Shown here: positions 47,555 to 57,562 of the stretch, in pieces
Position numbering within the stretch: the first letter of the stretch is position 1
How the letters are laid out: each line of letters begins with the position of its first letter
Assembly: GCA_964563935.1 (NCBI GenBank)
Contig: CAZLZE010000006.1
Location: forward strand, 119 to 64,118
Length of the DNA: 64,000 nucleotides
DNA from: an uncultured Phycisphaerae bacterium
GTDB taxonomy: Bacteria > Planctomycetota > Phycisphaerae > JAAYCJ01
Direction: 5' to 3'
Program-made: the position numbers and the translations under genes
The notes under the pieces: generated by a model
Seen by the model: only the letters and a program-made list of their open reading frames with translations
Told to the model about the DNA's origin: nothing
The model's database searches: none

Positions 47555-50407
47555 TTATTTCCCATACCACCGGGCTAGAAGTTGGATCGGATGTACCGCG
47601 GGGCGATGCGATAGATGCTGTAGCTGCATGCGGCACGAACTGCATTCACTTGTCAACTGGTCGTAACTGCCCTTGGCGATGCTCTCCGCCAAATTCCTGG
47701 CCACCGCCATCGATGTTTCGTATTTTCCCTTCGCCATTCCATACGTTCCCGACAAACCACAGCAACTGTTCGCCAAACGTTCGACCTCAAGGCCGTCGAT
47801 CAGGCTCAGAAGACCCAGTCCCGGCTCACCTACCTGCAGCATCCTCATGTGGCATGGGCAGTGATAGCCCATTCGCTCTGCCACCGCCTGCGTCCCCGTC
47901 TTCAGACGTCCGTCAAGATGCAGCTGCCACAGGTAACTGCATCCCTCGCGGACTTTTTCCGCCACGGCGTCTACTCGTCCGTCCTCCAGAAGATATTTGT
48001 ATTCCTCTCGCAAGCAGAGCGTCGCCGTTGGCTCGAACGACAAAATCACATCCACCTCCCCGAGGTATCGGGCCAGATGCTCCACGTTGAATTTCGCCGT
48101 CTTTCGCGCCTGATCGAGGTACCCATATGCCATGGCCGGCATATTCGTTCCACACTGGTCCGGAATGATCAGTTCAATGTCGTTGGCGGAGCAGACTCGC
48201 ACGATATCCTCCGCCAGTCTCAGGTCGTGATACCGCGGATAAAGATCGACAAACCACGCCGCCCGGACCGCCGGCTTTTCGGGTCGCATCCGCTTCGCCA
48301 TTTTCCGCAGACTTCTCAACATCCCCGGAAAGGCAAACGCCGGCAACTCACGCCGTGCGTCGATCCCCACGAATGTTTCCATCGCGCGTCGCACGCCTGT
48401 CTTGCGGAAAAAGTAATTCGTGATGCCGGAGAACTTGCTCGACAGCCACTCTCCGTACTCCGTGTTGACGAAGAACTTCTCCAAAAACCGCTCTCCGCGC
48501 AGCCGCAGGCGAGTGGCGCGAAGCTCCATGATAAACTGCGGAATATGAACCGCGCTGGGACACTCCCGCAGGCAGTTTCCGCACAGCAAACACGCGTCCA
48601 TCACCCGCTGCGCCTCCGGGCTCAGAAGATCGTCTTCCGTGATCGATCCCGTCAGATACTGGCGGATGAGGTTCGCCTTTGCCCGTGGCGAACTGTATTC
48701 GTCGCGGTTGGCTCGGAAGATTGGACACATCAGCTGCCCCGGATCCAGGGCCTTGCACTCTCCGCAGCCGTTACAGATGTCCGCCAGTTCAAAAAGGCTC
48801 TTTTCCCGATGGACAAGGTTTGGTCGCACGATGTTGGTCTGGTAGACTTCGTCCGCCCGAAGGTTGTCCAATGGCAAATCCGTGTCCGTAACGATGATCT
48901 TTCCCGGATTCAGGATTCCTGCCGGGTCGAAAAACTGCTTCACCTGCTCCATCGACTCATACGCCGGGCCATATTGCTTCCTCAGGGCCCAACTCCGAAT
49001 CAATCCTGCCCCGTGCTCTCCGCTGATCGTTCCACCCAGCGACCACACCAGTTCGTAAGCGTCCTTGGCCAGCGGCGACAGCTTCTTGCGATCCACCGGA
49101 TCTCGCAGATTCAGGAATGGCCGGATGTGAAATTCCCCGGACCCCGCGTGACCATAGAAACTCGCCGCCAAACCATACTTGTTGAACACGAACTGCATGT
49201 CCCGCAGATATTGGGGCAGCTTCGGAGCGTCGACTGCGATATCTTCCACAAATGCCGCTGGTCTGGCGAGTCCCGGTTGGCGGAAGAGCAGCGGCACTGC
49301 GTTTTTCCTCGCCGTCCAGTGCCGTTTCTGCTCCGTCGGGTCCGTCATCTCCGTGAGTTCCACGTGTCCTTCAAACTCCTTCGCCAGTCGCTGCAAGCAG
49401 GGCTGAAGGCGAGCCCTCGCCTCTTCCAGGTCGGTCCCGTCGAACTCAATCAGCAGCGAAGCCTCCGATTCCGGCAGGACTTCCCTCAGCCGGTTGTCCG
49501 CCGAATGGGCCAGCTTGATCAATGTCCCATCCATCAACTCAACAGCGGCCGGATCATACTCCAGAATGATCTCCACCGCTCGCGCGCTCAGGCTCAGATC
49601 GTCAAAACTGGCCGACAGGGCGATTTTCACCCCCGGCGTGCGAACCAGTTGAACGACCATCTCCGTAAATATTCCCAGTGTTCCTTCCGACCCCGTCAGC
49701 AGTTTGACCAGGTCGCCCCCGCTCCGGTCTAGTGCTCCCTTGAGGTTGTATCCCGCCCGGTTCCGTTTCAACGCCGGCCAATACTGATCGATGATCTTCC
49801 GATTCGGATTGAGGATGTTGTAGACTTTCTGCTCGAGCTCCTTGCCCGCTGCGTCGTCTGTCCAGACAACGCGTCCGTCCGTAAGAACGGTTTGCATGGA
49901 AACCATGTTATCGCTGCAATACCCGTAGCGAAGCGAGTGCGCGCCCGTGGCGTTGTTGGCCACCGATCCGCCCACCGTTGCCCTCGACCCGCTGGAAGGG
50001 TCCGGCCCGAATTGCCATCCCGCGCCGCGGGTCAGCCGATTGACCTCATCCAGAATCACCCCTGGCTGAACGCGAACCTGCCCCTTCTCCGGATCAAAAT
50101 GCAGAATGTTCGTCATGTAACGGGCAAAGTCCACCAGGATGCCCGTCGTTAGCGATTCCCCCGCCAGACCCGTTCCCGCTCCGCGTGGTGCCAGCGGAAT
50201 CCCCGTCTCCTGCGAGAATTGCATCAACCGGACAACGTCCTCCGTATCGCGCGGACAGACGACTACCGCCGGTATTAGTTTGTAGATACTTCCATCCGTG
50301 CTGTAGAGCAGACGTGTCACCCGGTCGTCAAGCACATCGCCGCGAATCATCGGGCGAAGACGCTTGCCCAGCAACCTGCTATCCACATTGACCGCCTGAA
50401 AATCCAC
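47555..50407 (-). CDS. FAD-linked oxidase fused to Fe-S/CCG domains (GlcD-GlcF-like; glycolate/D-lactate dehydrogenase-type)
   Basis: N-terminal FAD-binding PCMH domain (…PRGAGTGLAGES…). Two CxxCxxC(x)3CP ferredoxin-like motifs (CNGCGECK…; CLLCGNCLRECP). C-terminal CCG motifs (CCGLSGTYG). 950 aa. Confidence 0.8.
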   Translation of the reverse strand: MDFQAVNVDSRLLGKRLRPMIRGDVLDDRVTRLLYSTDGSIYKLIPAVVVCPRDTEDVVRLMQFSQETGIPLAPRGAGTGLAGESLTTGILVDFARYMTNILHFDPEKGQVRVQPGVILDEVNRLTRGAGWQFGPDPSSGSRATVGGSVANNATGAHSLRYGYCSDNMVSMQTVLTDGRVVWTDDAAGKELEQKVYNILNPNRKIIDQYWPALKRNRAGYNLKGALDRSGGDLVKLLTGSEGTLGIFTEMVVQLVRTPGVKIALSASFDDLSLSARAVEIILEYDPAAVELMDGTLIKLAHSADNRLREVLPESEASLLIEFDGTDLEEARARLQPCLQRLAKEFEGHVELTEMTDPTEQKRHWTARKNAVPLLFRQPGLARPAAFVEDIAVDAPKLPQYLRDMQFVFNKYGLAASFYGHAGSGEFHIRPFLNLRDPVDRKKLSPLAKDAYELVWSLGGTISGEHGAGLIRSWALRKQYGPAYESMEQVKQFFDPAGILNPGKIIVTDTDLPLDNLRADEVYQTNIVRPNLVHREKSLFELADICNGCGECKALDPGQLMCPIFRANRDEYSSPRAKANLIRQYLTGSITEDDLLSPEAQRVMDACLLCGNCLRECPSAVHIPQFIMELRATRLRLRGERFLEKFFVNTEYGEWLSSKFSGITNYFFRKTGVRRAMETFVGIDARRELPAFAFPGMLRSLRKMAKRMRPEKPAVRAAWFVDLYPRYHDLRLAEDIVRVCSANDIELIIPDQCGTNMPAMAYGYLDQARKTAKFNVEHLARYLGEVDVILSFEPTATLCLREEYKYLLEDGRVDAVAEKVREGCSYLWQLHLDGRLKTGTQAVAERMGYHCPCHMRMLQVGEPGLGLLSLIDGLEVERLANSCCGLSGTYGMAKGKYETSMAVARNLAESIAKGSYDQLTSECSSCRMQLQHLSHRPAVHPIQLLARWYGK

Positions 50408-50491
50408 GGAACATTCCTTCCTATGAACAGGAAAACGTCAAATTATACAAGAACGGGTGACGAAACAATAGGGCAGTCTCGCCCGCCGCCC

Positions 50492-52297
50492 TCAATTTCT
50501 CCGCAGATGAATCATGATTACCATAATGTCCGCCGGCGTGATACCGCTGATTCGCGACGCCTGTCCCACACTCACCGGACGCACGCTCGACAGCTTTTCC
50601 CGCGGCTCACGCTTCAAACCGGCAATAGCGCCGTAATCGAGATCCTTCGGCAGCTTGACCGACTCCAGCTGCCGCAATTTCTCCGCCACACGTCGCTCTC
50701 GCTGCTCGTAACCGAAATACTTCAGATCAAACTCCGCCCGTTGTCGAACGCGACTGTCGAACCGTCCGAAAAGCTCCTCGCCGAGAACGGCCTCCAGTTT
50801 CTTCCACGTGCTCTCAGGTCGCCGAAACCAATCCGTCGCGCACATCCCGTCCATTCTCTGCTTCTGCAGCACCCGGACCAATTCTTCCTGCTGCCTTTCC
50901 CACTCCACATGCCGGGCCCACCGCCGATCATCCAAAATTCCTGCCTTCTTCGCGATCGGACAAAGCCGTCGCTCCGCCGTGTCCGCCCGGAGCAGCAGTC
51001 GAAACTCCGCCCGGGACGTAAACATCCGGTACGGCTCATCCACCCCCTTGGTCACCAGGTCGTCGATCATCACCCCGATATAGGCCTCATCCCGACCCAG
51101 CACGACGGGATCAAGCTTCTTCAGATGCTGTACGGCATTGATTCCCGCCATCAGTCCCTGGCCGGCCGCCTCTTCGTACCCGCTCGTCCCGTTGATCTGA
51201 CCCGCGAAAAATAACCCCGCCACTTGCTTGCTCTGCAAATCCGGACCAAGCTGATCGGGAAAGATAAAATCGTACTCGATCGCATACCCGTACTGAACGA
51301 TCTTCGCCCGCTCCAGCCCCTCGATGGAATGTACCATCGCCTCTTGCACGTCTTCCGGAATCGATGTCGCCAATCCGTTGCAGTACACCCAATCATACTC
51401 CAGTGACTCCGGCTCCAGATAAACCTGATGTCGCTCCTTTTGGCCGAACCGCACGATCTTCACTTCGATGCTCGGACAGTATCGCGGACCGGTCGACGTG
51501 ATCTGACCCGTGTATAACGGCGTCCGATCGAAATTCTCGCGAAGAATGCGATGAGTCTCAGCGTTCGTGTGCGTCAGGTGACATGGCGTCTGTGCTCGGT
51601 CGATCCGATCCGTCAACATGGAAAACGGCACCGGCGGATCGTCGCCTTCCTGCGGCTCGCAACGACTAAAATCGATCGTGTCACGCAGCAGCCGCGGACA
51701 GGTCCCCGTCTTCAATCGTCCTATTCTCAGTCCCAGCTTCTTCAGCGAGTCCGTCAGCAGGCACGCGGGCTTTTCTCCGATCCGACCAGCCGGGAACTGT
51801 TTTTCGCCAATATGAATAATCCCATTCAGAAACGTGCCGCTGGTGATCACCACTGCCCGTGTTTCCAGATTCCGTCCGTCCGAAAGCGAAAGCCCCGAGA
51901 CACACCCATCTTCGGTCAGTATCCCTGTCACCTCACCTTCCACCAAGTCCAGGCCGCGAAGATTCTCCAGAAATTCCCGCGTAAATCGTGCATATCGCCG
52001 TTTGTCCGCCTGCGCCCTTGGCCCCCACACAGCCGGACCCTTCGACATGTTCAGCATCCGAAACTGAATGCCCGTCGCGTCCGTCGCCTCGCCCATCAGC
52101 CCGCCCAGGGCGTCGATCTCGCGGACGATCTGCCCCTTCGCCAGTCCGCCGATCGCCGGATTGCACGACATCTCCCCGATCTTGTCCAGCGACAACGTCA
52201 CCATCGCCGTTCGCGCGCCGGCACGCACTGCCGCATATGCAGCCTCAATCCCGGCATGACCGGCTCCGACGACAATGACATCATATTCCTTTGCCAT
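50492..52297 (-). CDS. mnmG: tRNA uridine 5-carboxymethylaminomethyl modification enzyme MnmG (GidA)
   Basis: N-terminal FAD motif YDVIVVGAGHAGIEAA. Conserved MnmG core over the full length. ATG at 52297 preferred over the TTG at 52312. Confidence 0.9.
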   Translation of the reverse strand: MAKEYDVIVVGAGHAGIEAAYAAVRAGARTAMVTLSLDKIGEMSCNPAIGGLAKGQIVREIDALGGLMGEATDATGIQFRMLNMSKGPAVWGPRAQADKRRYARFTREFLENLRGLDLVEGEVTGILTEDGCVSGLSLSDGRNLETRAVVITSGTFLNGIIHIGEKQFPAGRIGEKPACLLTDSLKKLGLRIGRLKTGTCPRLLRDTIDFSRCEPQEGDDPPVPFSMLTDRIDRAQTPCHLTHTNAETHRILRENFDRTPLYTGQITSTGPRYCPSIEVKIVRFGQKERHQVYLEPESLEYDWVYCNGLATSIPEDVQEAMVHSIEGLERAKIVQYGYAIEYDFIFPDQLGPDLQSKQVAGLFFAGQINGTSGYEEAAGQGLMAGINAVQHLKKLDPVVLGRDEAYIGVMIDDLVTKGVDEPYRMFTSRAEFRLLLRADTAERRLCPIAKKAGILDDRRWARHVEWERQQEELVRVLQKQRMDGMCATDWFRRPESTWKKLEAVLGEELFGRFDSRVRQRAEFDLKYFGYEQRERRVAEKLRQLESVKLPKDLDYGAIAGLKREPREKLSSVRPVSVGQASRISGITPADIMVIMIHLRRN

Positions 52298-52406
52298 GGC
52301 GACTTGCCCCAAGCAACAGGGGCGACCCTCTGTGGCCGCCCGCGTTCCTTGCTTCCTCCATCCAATACTATACCGAAAAACCGTCCGCGGAACACGCTTC
52401 CCGCGA

Positions 52407-52832
52407 CTATCTCTCCCCCAACAGGCTCATCCGGTCGCTGAACTCAATCCCGACGAACTTCCATTCGTTCTGCGGCCTGTAAAAGTAAAATTCCCAGACC
52501 AGCGGGCCGAGATCATACTTGATAATGTAAACCAGCCGGACCACCGACTCCCCATACGTCTGGCTTCGAATAAATTCCATCCCCGAGGGCTTTCCCAGCA
52601 GCGATACCGCTGTCTCGGTCCGGATCTTCAGCGTATCCAATGCCTCTCTTCGCTCCTTGCTGTCCGAGCCCTCCGTCAATCCGTTGAACGCTGCGTCCAG
52701 CTTCTTCTCCATCACCGCTGTCAAAAAACGCTCCACCCGTTCCCGATAGTCACCTTCATTCCGCGGCGACCGCGCGCCAAGACAAACCACCAGAACGATT
52801 CCCGCAAACACCACATATTTCAGTACTTTCAT
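52407..52832 (-). CDS. Hypothetical exported protein
   Basis: Start MKVLKYVVFAGIVLVVCLGA (signal peptide) with a GAGAGG ribosome-binding site. ~140 aa. No family assigned. Confidence 0.5.
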   Translation of the reverse strand: MKVLKYVVFAGIVLVVCLGARSPRNEGDYRERVERFLTAVMEKKLDAAFNGLTEGSDSKERREALDTLKIRTETAVSLLGKPSGMEFIRSQTYGESVVRLVYIIKYDLGPLVWEFYFYRPQNEWKFVGIEFSDRMSLLGER

Positions 52833-53014
52833 TGTCAACCTCTCTATCAGCGTGTGTCGTTGCGTGGGCAGACGCACCACTTCCTGTTTCATCGGACACA
52901 AATGCTTTATTATCCTAAATTCCGCCCGCCACAATCAATACCTTTCTACGCCATGTATTATTCCCTCAACCTTGACCTGCGATGACCGGGCAGGTATGAT
53001 ATGAATGTACCTTT

Positions 53015-53088
53015 GGGGCAGTAGCTCAGTTTGGGAGAGCGCCAGCATGGCATGCTGGAGGTCGTGGGTTCGACCCCCATCTGCTCCA
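53015..53088 (+). tRNA. tRNA-Ala (anticodon GGC), second identical copy
   Basis: 74/74 nt identical to the copy at 34256..34329. Flanking sequence is unrelated. Confidence 0.85.
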
Positions 53089-53149
53089 TTACGTCAGTTG
53101 CCGAATCACCGGGTCACGGATCTCCTCCTATTCATGGAGCGTCGGACGC

Positions 53150-54295
53150 ATGTACAAAGTCTCACGCCGCGGATTCCTGAAAACCTGCCTTCACGCCGGT
53201 GCCGGACTGGGAATGTCGAAAATTCTCACCGGATGTGGAATGTGGCAAGGCCCTGCCGATCTGCCCCCAATTCCCGCCAAACCCGTGAATACCTTGTCGC
53301 AAGTCATTGTCGCCCGCGGGTCCGACCTTGAAGTCATGACTCGTGAGGCTATCCAATCGCTCGGCGGAATGGCCAAATTCGTTCAGCCGAATGAGAAGGT
53401 ATTCATCAAACCAAACTTCGGCACCGCCGGATTCGTCAAACACGATGTATTCCAGGCGGGAGAGTGCACCAAGCCCGAGATCGTCATTACCGTGGCCGAG
53501 GAGTGTCTCCAGGCCGGGGCCGCCGAAGTGACCATCGGCGAAGCCGGACAGGTCGATCGATTCGATTGGGATTCCCTTCGCTTCCTCGACGGTACCAGGA
53601 CCATGGCCGGCGAAGCTCAGCGACTCCGGGATACCTACTCCCGTACCGTCACCCTGTCGTGCCTTGAAGTCGATTCGCCGGGCTGGGACGCGATCCCCTC
53701 CCCATACACCGGCTTGGGTGAAATCTACGTGCCGACACTGCTTACCCAGGCGGATCGCGTCATCTCCCTGGCCGTCGCCAAAACGCACCGATGGTGCGGC
53801 ATCACCGGCGCGCTCAAAAATTTCCTCGGCGTCACCAGCCGTGCCCACTACGGACCGGGCCAATACAACCGGACCATCCTGCACCAGGCCGGAGGCGGGC
53901 CGGACCAGTGTTTTCTCGACATCGTTTCCGCCGCCAAACCGGTCCTCTCCATTATGGACCTGTCCATCTGCTGCGAGGGAAATGGTCCCCACGTCCTGCC
54001 CGGGTGGTGGGGTACCACGATTGACGTTCAGAACAGGCTTGGGCAGTGGGTGATCCTTGCCTCCCAGGACCCGGTGGCCCTGGACGCGACCACCGCCCGT
54101 GTCATGGGACAGGATGTCTCCGCCATCCAACACCTCAACCTCGCCTATAACGAAGGATTGGGGCAGATCCAGCCGGATAAAATCACTCTCACGGGAGCCG
54201 CCCTGAACGAAATTCAGATGGAATGGACACCCGCCCAGCACACCGAAGGCTTCAGCGAGGTAATCCTTCCCGGACTCATGATGATGCTCGAATAG
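53150..54295 (+). CDS. Tat-signal DUF362 domain protein
   Basis: Twin-arginine motif SRRGFLKT. DUF362-like core (VFIKPNFG…, …AKTHRWCGITGALKNFLG…). 381 aa. Confidence 0.65.
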   Translation: MYKVSRRGFLKTCLHAGAGLGMSKILTGCGMWQGPADLPPIPAKPVNTLSQVIVARGSDLEVMTREAIQSLGGMAKFVQPNEKVFIKPNFGTAGFVKHDVFQAGECTKPEIVITVAEECLQAGAAEVTIGEAGQVDRFDWDSLRFLDGTRTMAGEAQRLRDTYSRTVTLSCLEVDSPGWDAIPSPYTGLGEIYVPTLLTQADRVISLAVAKTHRWCGITGALKNFLGVTSRAHYGPGQYNRTILHQAGGGPDQCFLDIVSAAKPVLSIMDLSICCEGNGPHVLPGWWGTTIDVQNRLGQWVILASQDPVALDATTARVMGQDVSAIQHLNLAYNEGLGQIQPDKITLTGAALNEIQMEWTPAQHTEGFSEVILPGLMMMLE

Positions 54296-54422
54296 CTCAC
54301 CCGTCTCCGCAAATTTCCGTTTTAGTCTTGTCCCTCGAAGCTCCTTTCGGTATATTCTCTTGGTTATTTACTGAATGGCTTAACCTCATTTCGACCCTTG
54401 TCGAGGAATTAGGAGCTGAGTA

Positions 54423-56375
54423 ATGAAGAATCTATACGAATTGGTAAATGATCGTGCGATTGAAATAGGCAAATTGTCCGTGCGGATGACCACCGCCGCC
54501 GGATCGGGACACCCCAGTTCCGCTCTGAGCCTGGCCCACCTGGTTACCGTCCTGATGTACCATCAGATGAAGTGGGACCCCCAGGATCCCTGGAACCCGT
54601 ATAATGATCGCCTGGTCCTCTCCGAAGGGCACGCCGTTCCGATCGTCTATGCCGCCATGGCCGACCTTGGCGCCGTGATGGGCAAATCCAAAAGTGACGC
54701 CCGCAAGATGACCGTTGCCGACGTCGATACCCTCCGCGCGATGGACAGCTATCTCGACGGTCACCCCAATCCCGCCGAGGGCATGCCCTTCTTCGATGCC
54801 GCCACCGGTTCTCTCGGCCAGGGGCTCTCGGTCGGCGCCGGACTCGCTCTGGCTGCCCGCAAGGCCAAGATTCAGAAAAATATCTACGTCGTCTGCGGTG
54901 ATGGCGAAAGCCGCGAAGGCCAGATCATGGAGGCCGCCGATTTCATCGTCGATCACAAGATCGTCAACCTCTGCACCATCATCAACTGCAACGGCCAGGC
55001 TCAGGCCGACTACGTCTCCAATCAGCAGAGCCCGAAAGTCCTGGCTGAGAAGTTCAAAGCCTACGGCTTCGAAGTCAAGACCATCGACGGCCACAACGTC
55101 GAGGAAATCGTCGAAGCCCTCGCTCGGGCCGGCGAAACCGAACTGCCCTACGTCATCATCGCCGCCACCAAGAAGGGGTGGGGCGTCGAGGCTCTGAAAG
55201 ATAAGTCCAATCACGGAAAACCGCTGTCCAAGGAAGCCGCCGACAAGGCCTACGTCGATCTCGACAACATGCGAAAGCTCCTCGGCATTCCCGAGAAGGT
55301 CGATGTCTCCGCCTTCAAGCCGACCAAGCCGAGCCAGACATCCTTCTCCTTCCCGGCTCCCAAGGGCAAGCTTCCCGCTCCGGACTTCGACCAGTTGCTG
55401 GCCAATGACAAGACCTGGACGGGCAAGAAGAAGCTCGCCTCCCGCCGGGCCTATGGTCTGGCCCTGAGGGAAATTGCCAGGCTCGATGATCGCATCGTCG
55501 CTATCGATGCCGACGTCAGCAACTCGACCTTCGCCGATTTCCTCGCCAAGGCCGATCCGAACAAGTTCGTCGAGTGCAAAATTGCCGAACAGAACATGGT
55601 CTCCGTCGGCGCCGGAATGTCCGCGGGCGGGTTCATCCCGTTCTGCTCGACCTTCGGAAAGTTCTTCGCTCGGGCTTATGACCAGATCGAAATGGCCATG
55701 ATCTCCCGCGCCAATATCAAGCTCGTCGGCTCCCACATTGGCGTCACGCTCGCCGCCGACGGTCCCAGCCAGATGGGACTGGTCGATATGGCCTTCTTCC
55801 GCGGACTGTCCAGCGCTCGCGAGAACGGTCAGCCGATGTGCGTCATCTTCAATCCCGCCGACGCCGTCTGTGCCTGGCAGTGCGTCCAACTCGCCGCCGA
55901 TTTCAAGGGCATGGTCTACATCCGAACCATGCGGCCGGATACCAGCCTCCTCTATAAGACCGATGAAAAATTCGAGGTCGGCGGTTCCAAGGTCCTCAAG
56001 GATGGCTCCGACATGGTCATCGTCGCCACCGGCTACATGGTCCACGTCGCCCTCAGTCTTGTCGATCAGCTCAAGCAGGAAGGCATCAGCGCCGGAGTCG
56101 TCGACGCCTATAGCCTGCCGCTCAACGGCGATCCCATCATCAAGGCCGCCGAAAAATCCGGCCGGAAGATTCTAACCCTCGAAGACAACTACATCGGCGG
56201 ACTCGCTTCCAACGTCGCCGAACTCGCCGCCGCCGTCGGCAACATCAAGGTCTTCTCCATGGTCGTTCCCAAACTGCCCAAGTCCGGTCGCACGCCCGAG
56301 GAACTCCTCGAGTACTGCGGCCTGGCGCCCAAGGATATCATCCGAAACGCCAAGGATCTGGTCGGCAAAAAATAG
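54423..56375 (+). CDS. tkt: Transketolase
   Basis: Thiamine-pyrophosphate-binding signature (AGSGHPSSALS; SEGH; GDGESREGQ). Transketolase pyrimidine-binding and C-terminal domains. AGGAG ribosome-binding site 7 nt upstream. Confidence 0.85.
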   Translation: MKNLYELVNDRAIEIGKLSVRMTTAAGSGHPSSALSLAHLVTVLMYHQMKWDPQDPWNPYNDRLVLSEGHAVPIVYAAMADLGAVMGKSKSDARKMTVADVDTLRAMDSYLDGHPNPAEGMPFFDAATGSLGQGLSVGAGLALAARKAKIQKNIYVVCGDGESREGQIMEAADFIVDHKIVNLCTIINCNGQAQADYVSNQQSPKVLAEKFKAYGFEVKTIDGHNVEEIVEALARAGETELPYVIIAATKKGWGVEALKDKSNHGKPLSKEAADKAYVDLDNMRKLLGIPEKVDVSAFKPTKPSQTSFSFPAPKGKLPAPDFDQLLANDKTWTGKKKLASRRAYGLALREIARLDDRIVAIDADVSNSTFADFLAKADPNKFVECKIAEQNMVSVGAGMSAGGFIPFCSTFGKFFARAYDQIEMAMISRANIKLVGSHIGVTLAADGPSQMGLVDMAFFRGLSSARENGQPMCVIFNPADAVCAWQCVQLAADFKGMVYIRTMRPDTSLLYKTDEKFEVGGSKVLKDGSDMVIVATGYMVHVALSLVDQLKQEGISAGVVDAYSLPLNGDPIIKAAEKSGRKILTLEDNYIGGLASNVAELAAAVGNIKVFSMVVPKLPKSGRTPEELLEYCGLAPKDIIRNAKDLVGKK

Positions 56376-56396
56376 TCCCAAGATCGAACAAACAAA

Positions 56397-56430
56397 AAGC
56401 AGGAGCGCCAAAAACGCTCCTGCTTTTTTC
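56397..56430. terminator. Rho-independent (bidirectional) terminator between tkt and clpS
   Basis: aagcaggagcg-CCAAAAA-cgctcctgctt stem-loop followed by TTTTTT. A-rich on the other side (AAAAAG…), so it can serve both convergent genes. Confidence 0.8.
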
Positions 56431-56461
56431 TTCTCTTAAAGCTGATAGCTGACAGCTCTTC

Positions 56462-56752
56462 TCATTCCGGCTCGATCGTCACCGTCAGGTGACACGACTT
56501 GAACTGCTCCTGGTACAACTCTGCCCGTTCCTTGTGGCATACCAGCAGCAAGGCCATTCCCTTCAAATGGGCCTCCATCATCCGCTGAATCGCCTGATCC
56601 AGGTTCAGAGGCGTCAACCGGCAGATGGTCTGGATGACGTATTCCATGTCATTAACATCGTCGTTGTGCAGGATGACCTTGTACGGCGGCGGTGTCTGTG
56701 TCCTGGTCGTCGGCTGCTCCAGCAGGTCTGTTTTCCCGGCTCCTTTTGCCAT
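56462..56752 (-). CDS. clpS: ATP-dependent Clp protease adaptor ClpS
   Basis: Conserved ClpS core (YKVILHNDDVNDMEYVIQTI…AHLKGMALLLVCHKERAELY). 96 aa. Confidence 0.85.
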   Translation of the reverse strand: MAKGAGKTDLLEQPTTRTQTPPPYKVILHNDDVNDMEYVIQTICRLTPLNLDQAIQRMMEAHLKGMALLLVCHKERAELYQEQFKSCHLTVTIEPE

Positions 56753-56829
56753 ACTTTCAACCTTTTTTCCGATAGGTAATCTCTTTTGCCCTTTATATAA
56801 TACCGACAGAGATTTTCCCGGACAAGTCC

Positions 56830-57195
56830 ATGCTGCACGCGAAACGAATGAAATTTGGACGCAATATGAGGCTGATCAAACAGCGAGAGTTTGATCGTGT
56901 CTTCGCCGCCGGACGACGCCTCAAGATCAAAGGGCTGACCATCTTACGAATGGAAAACAATCTCGGCCATCCGCGACTCGGCATCTCCATCGGAAGAAGC
57001 TTTGGCTCCGCCGTCGAACGAAATCGCGTCAAACGCCGTCTCCGCGAAGCCTTTCGCCTGATGCAGCATGATCTGTCCGCCTATGATTTGATATGTGTCC
57101 CGTATTCTCGCGCAGCGGAATTGTCCGTCCGCGAGTTGCAGGATGTGCTGAGGGAAGCCTGTGAGTGCTCCAAACCGACGGTGGAAAATCAGTGA
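56830..57195 (+). CDS. rnpA: Ribonuclease P protein component
   Basis: RnpA motifs (…REFDRVF…; [25 protein letters not shown]). 121 aa. No rpmH was seen immediately upstream. Confidence 0.8.
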   Translation: MLHAKRMKFGRNMRLIKQREFDRVFAAGRRLKIKGLTILRMENNLGHPRLGISIGRSFGSAVERNRVKRRLREAFRLMQHDLSAYDLICVPYSRAAELSVRELQDVLREACECSKPTVENQ

Positions 57196-57406
57196 TCTTC
57201 TCAGCCGCTTGCTGATCCTCGGCGTGCGAGGGTATCAGCTTACCCTCAGCCGCTTCCTCGGCGGCAGGTGCCGATACCTCCCCACATGCAGCGAGTACTT
57301 CATCGGAGCGGTGCAAAAATACGGGCCTCTTCACGGCGCCCTCAAGGGAATATGGCGAATCCTCCGTTGCCACCCCTTCGCCAAAGGCGGCTATGATCCA
57401 TATTGA
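57161..57406 (+). CDS. yidD: Membrane protein insertion efficiency factor YidD
   Basis: Aligns with E. coli YidD ([34 protein letters not shown] vs [34 protein letters not shown]). Start uncertain. Overlaps the rnpA 3' end. Confidence 0.7.
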   Translation: MSAPNRRWKISDLLSRLLILGVRGYQLTLSRFLGGRCRYLPTCSEYFIGAVQKYGPLHGALKGIWRILRCHPFAKGGYDPY

Positions 57407-57562
57407 CCGTGGTTCCCTTCCGGCGACCTCCCATTGTTGATTTGTCCTCCGAATCTGGTACACTAATCTGCATACCATATATCCGAAACGGTATCAGGGC
57501 AGGACTAAGACGCGGGCGAATGTTGGTGAGAACCATCTGTTGCGTCTGTGAGGGGGCGGGCC

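Noticed and set aside
47849-49732. 627-aa plus-strand ORF antisense to the FAD/Fe-S oxidase
   Set aside because: R/Q/H-rich low-complexity translation with no motifs. The opposite strand encodes a well-supported GlcD/GlcF-like protein.
54432-56045. 537-aa minus-strand ORF antisense to transketolase
   Set aside because: Low-complexity G/D/A-rich translation typical of antisense frames in high-GC DNA. The plus-strand transketolase has unambiguous TPP motifs.
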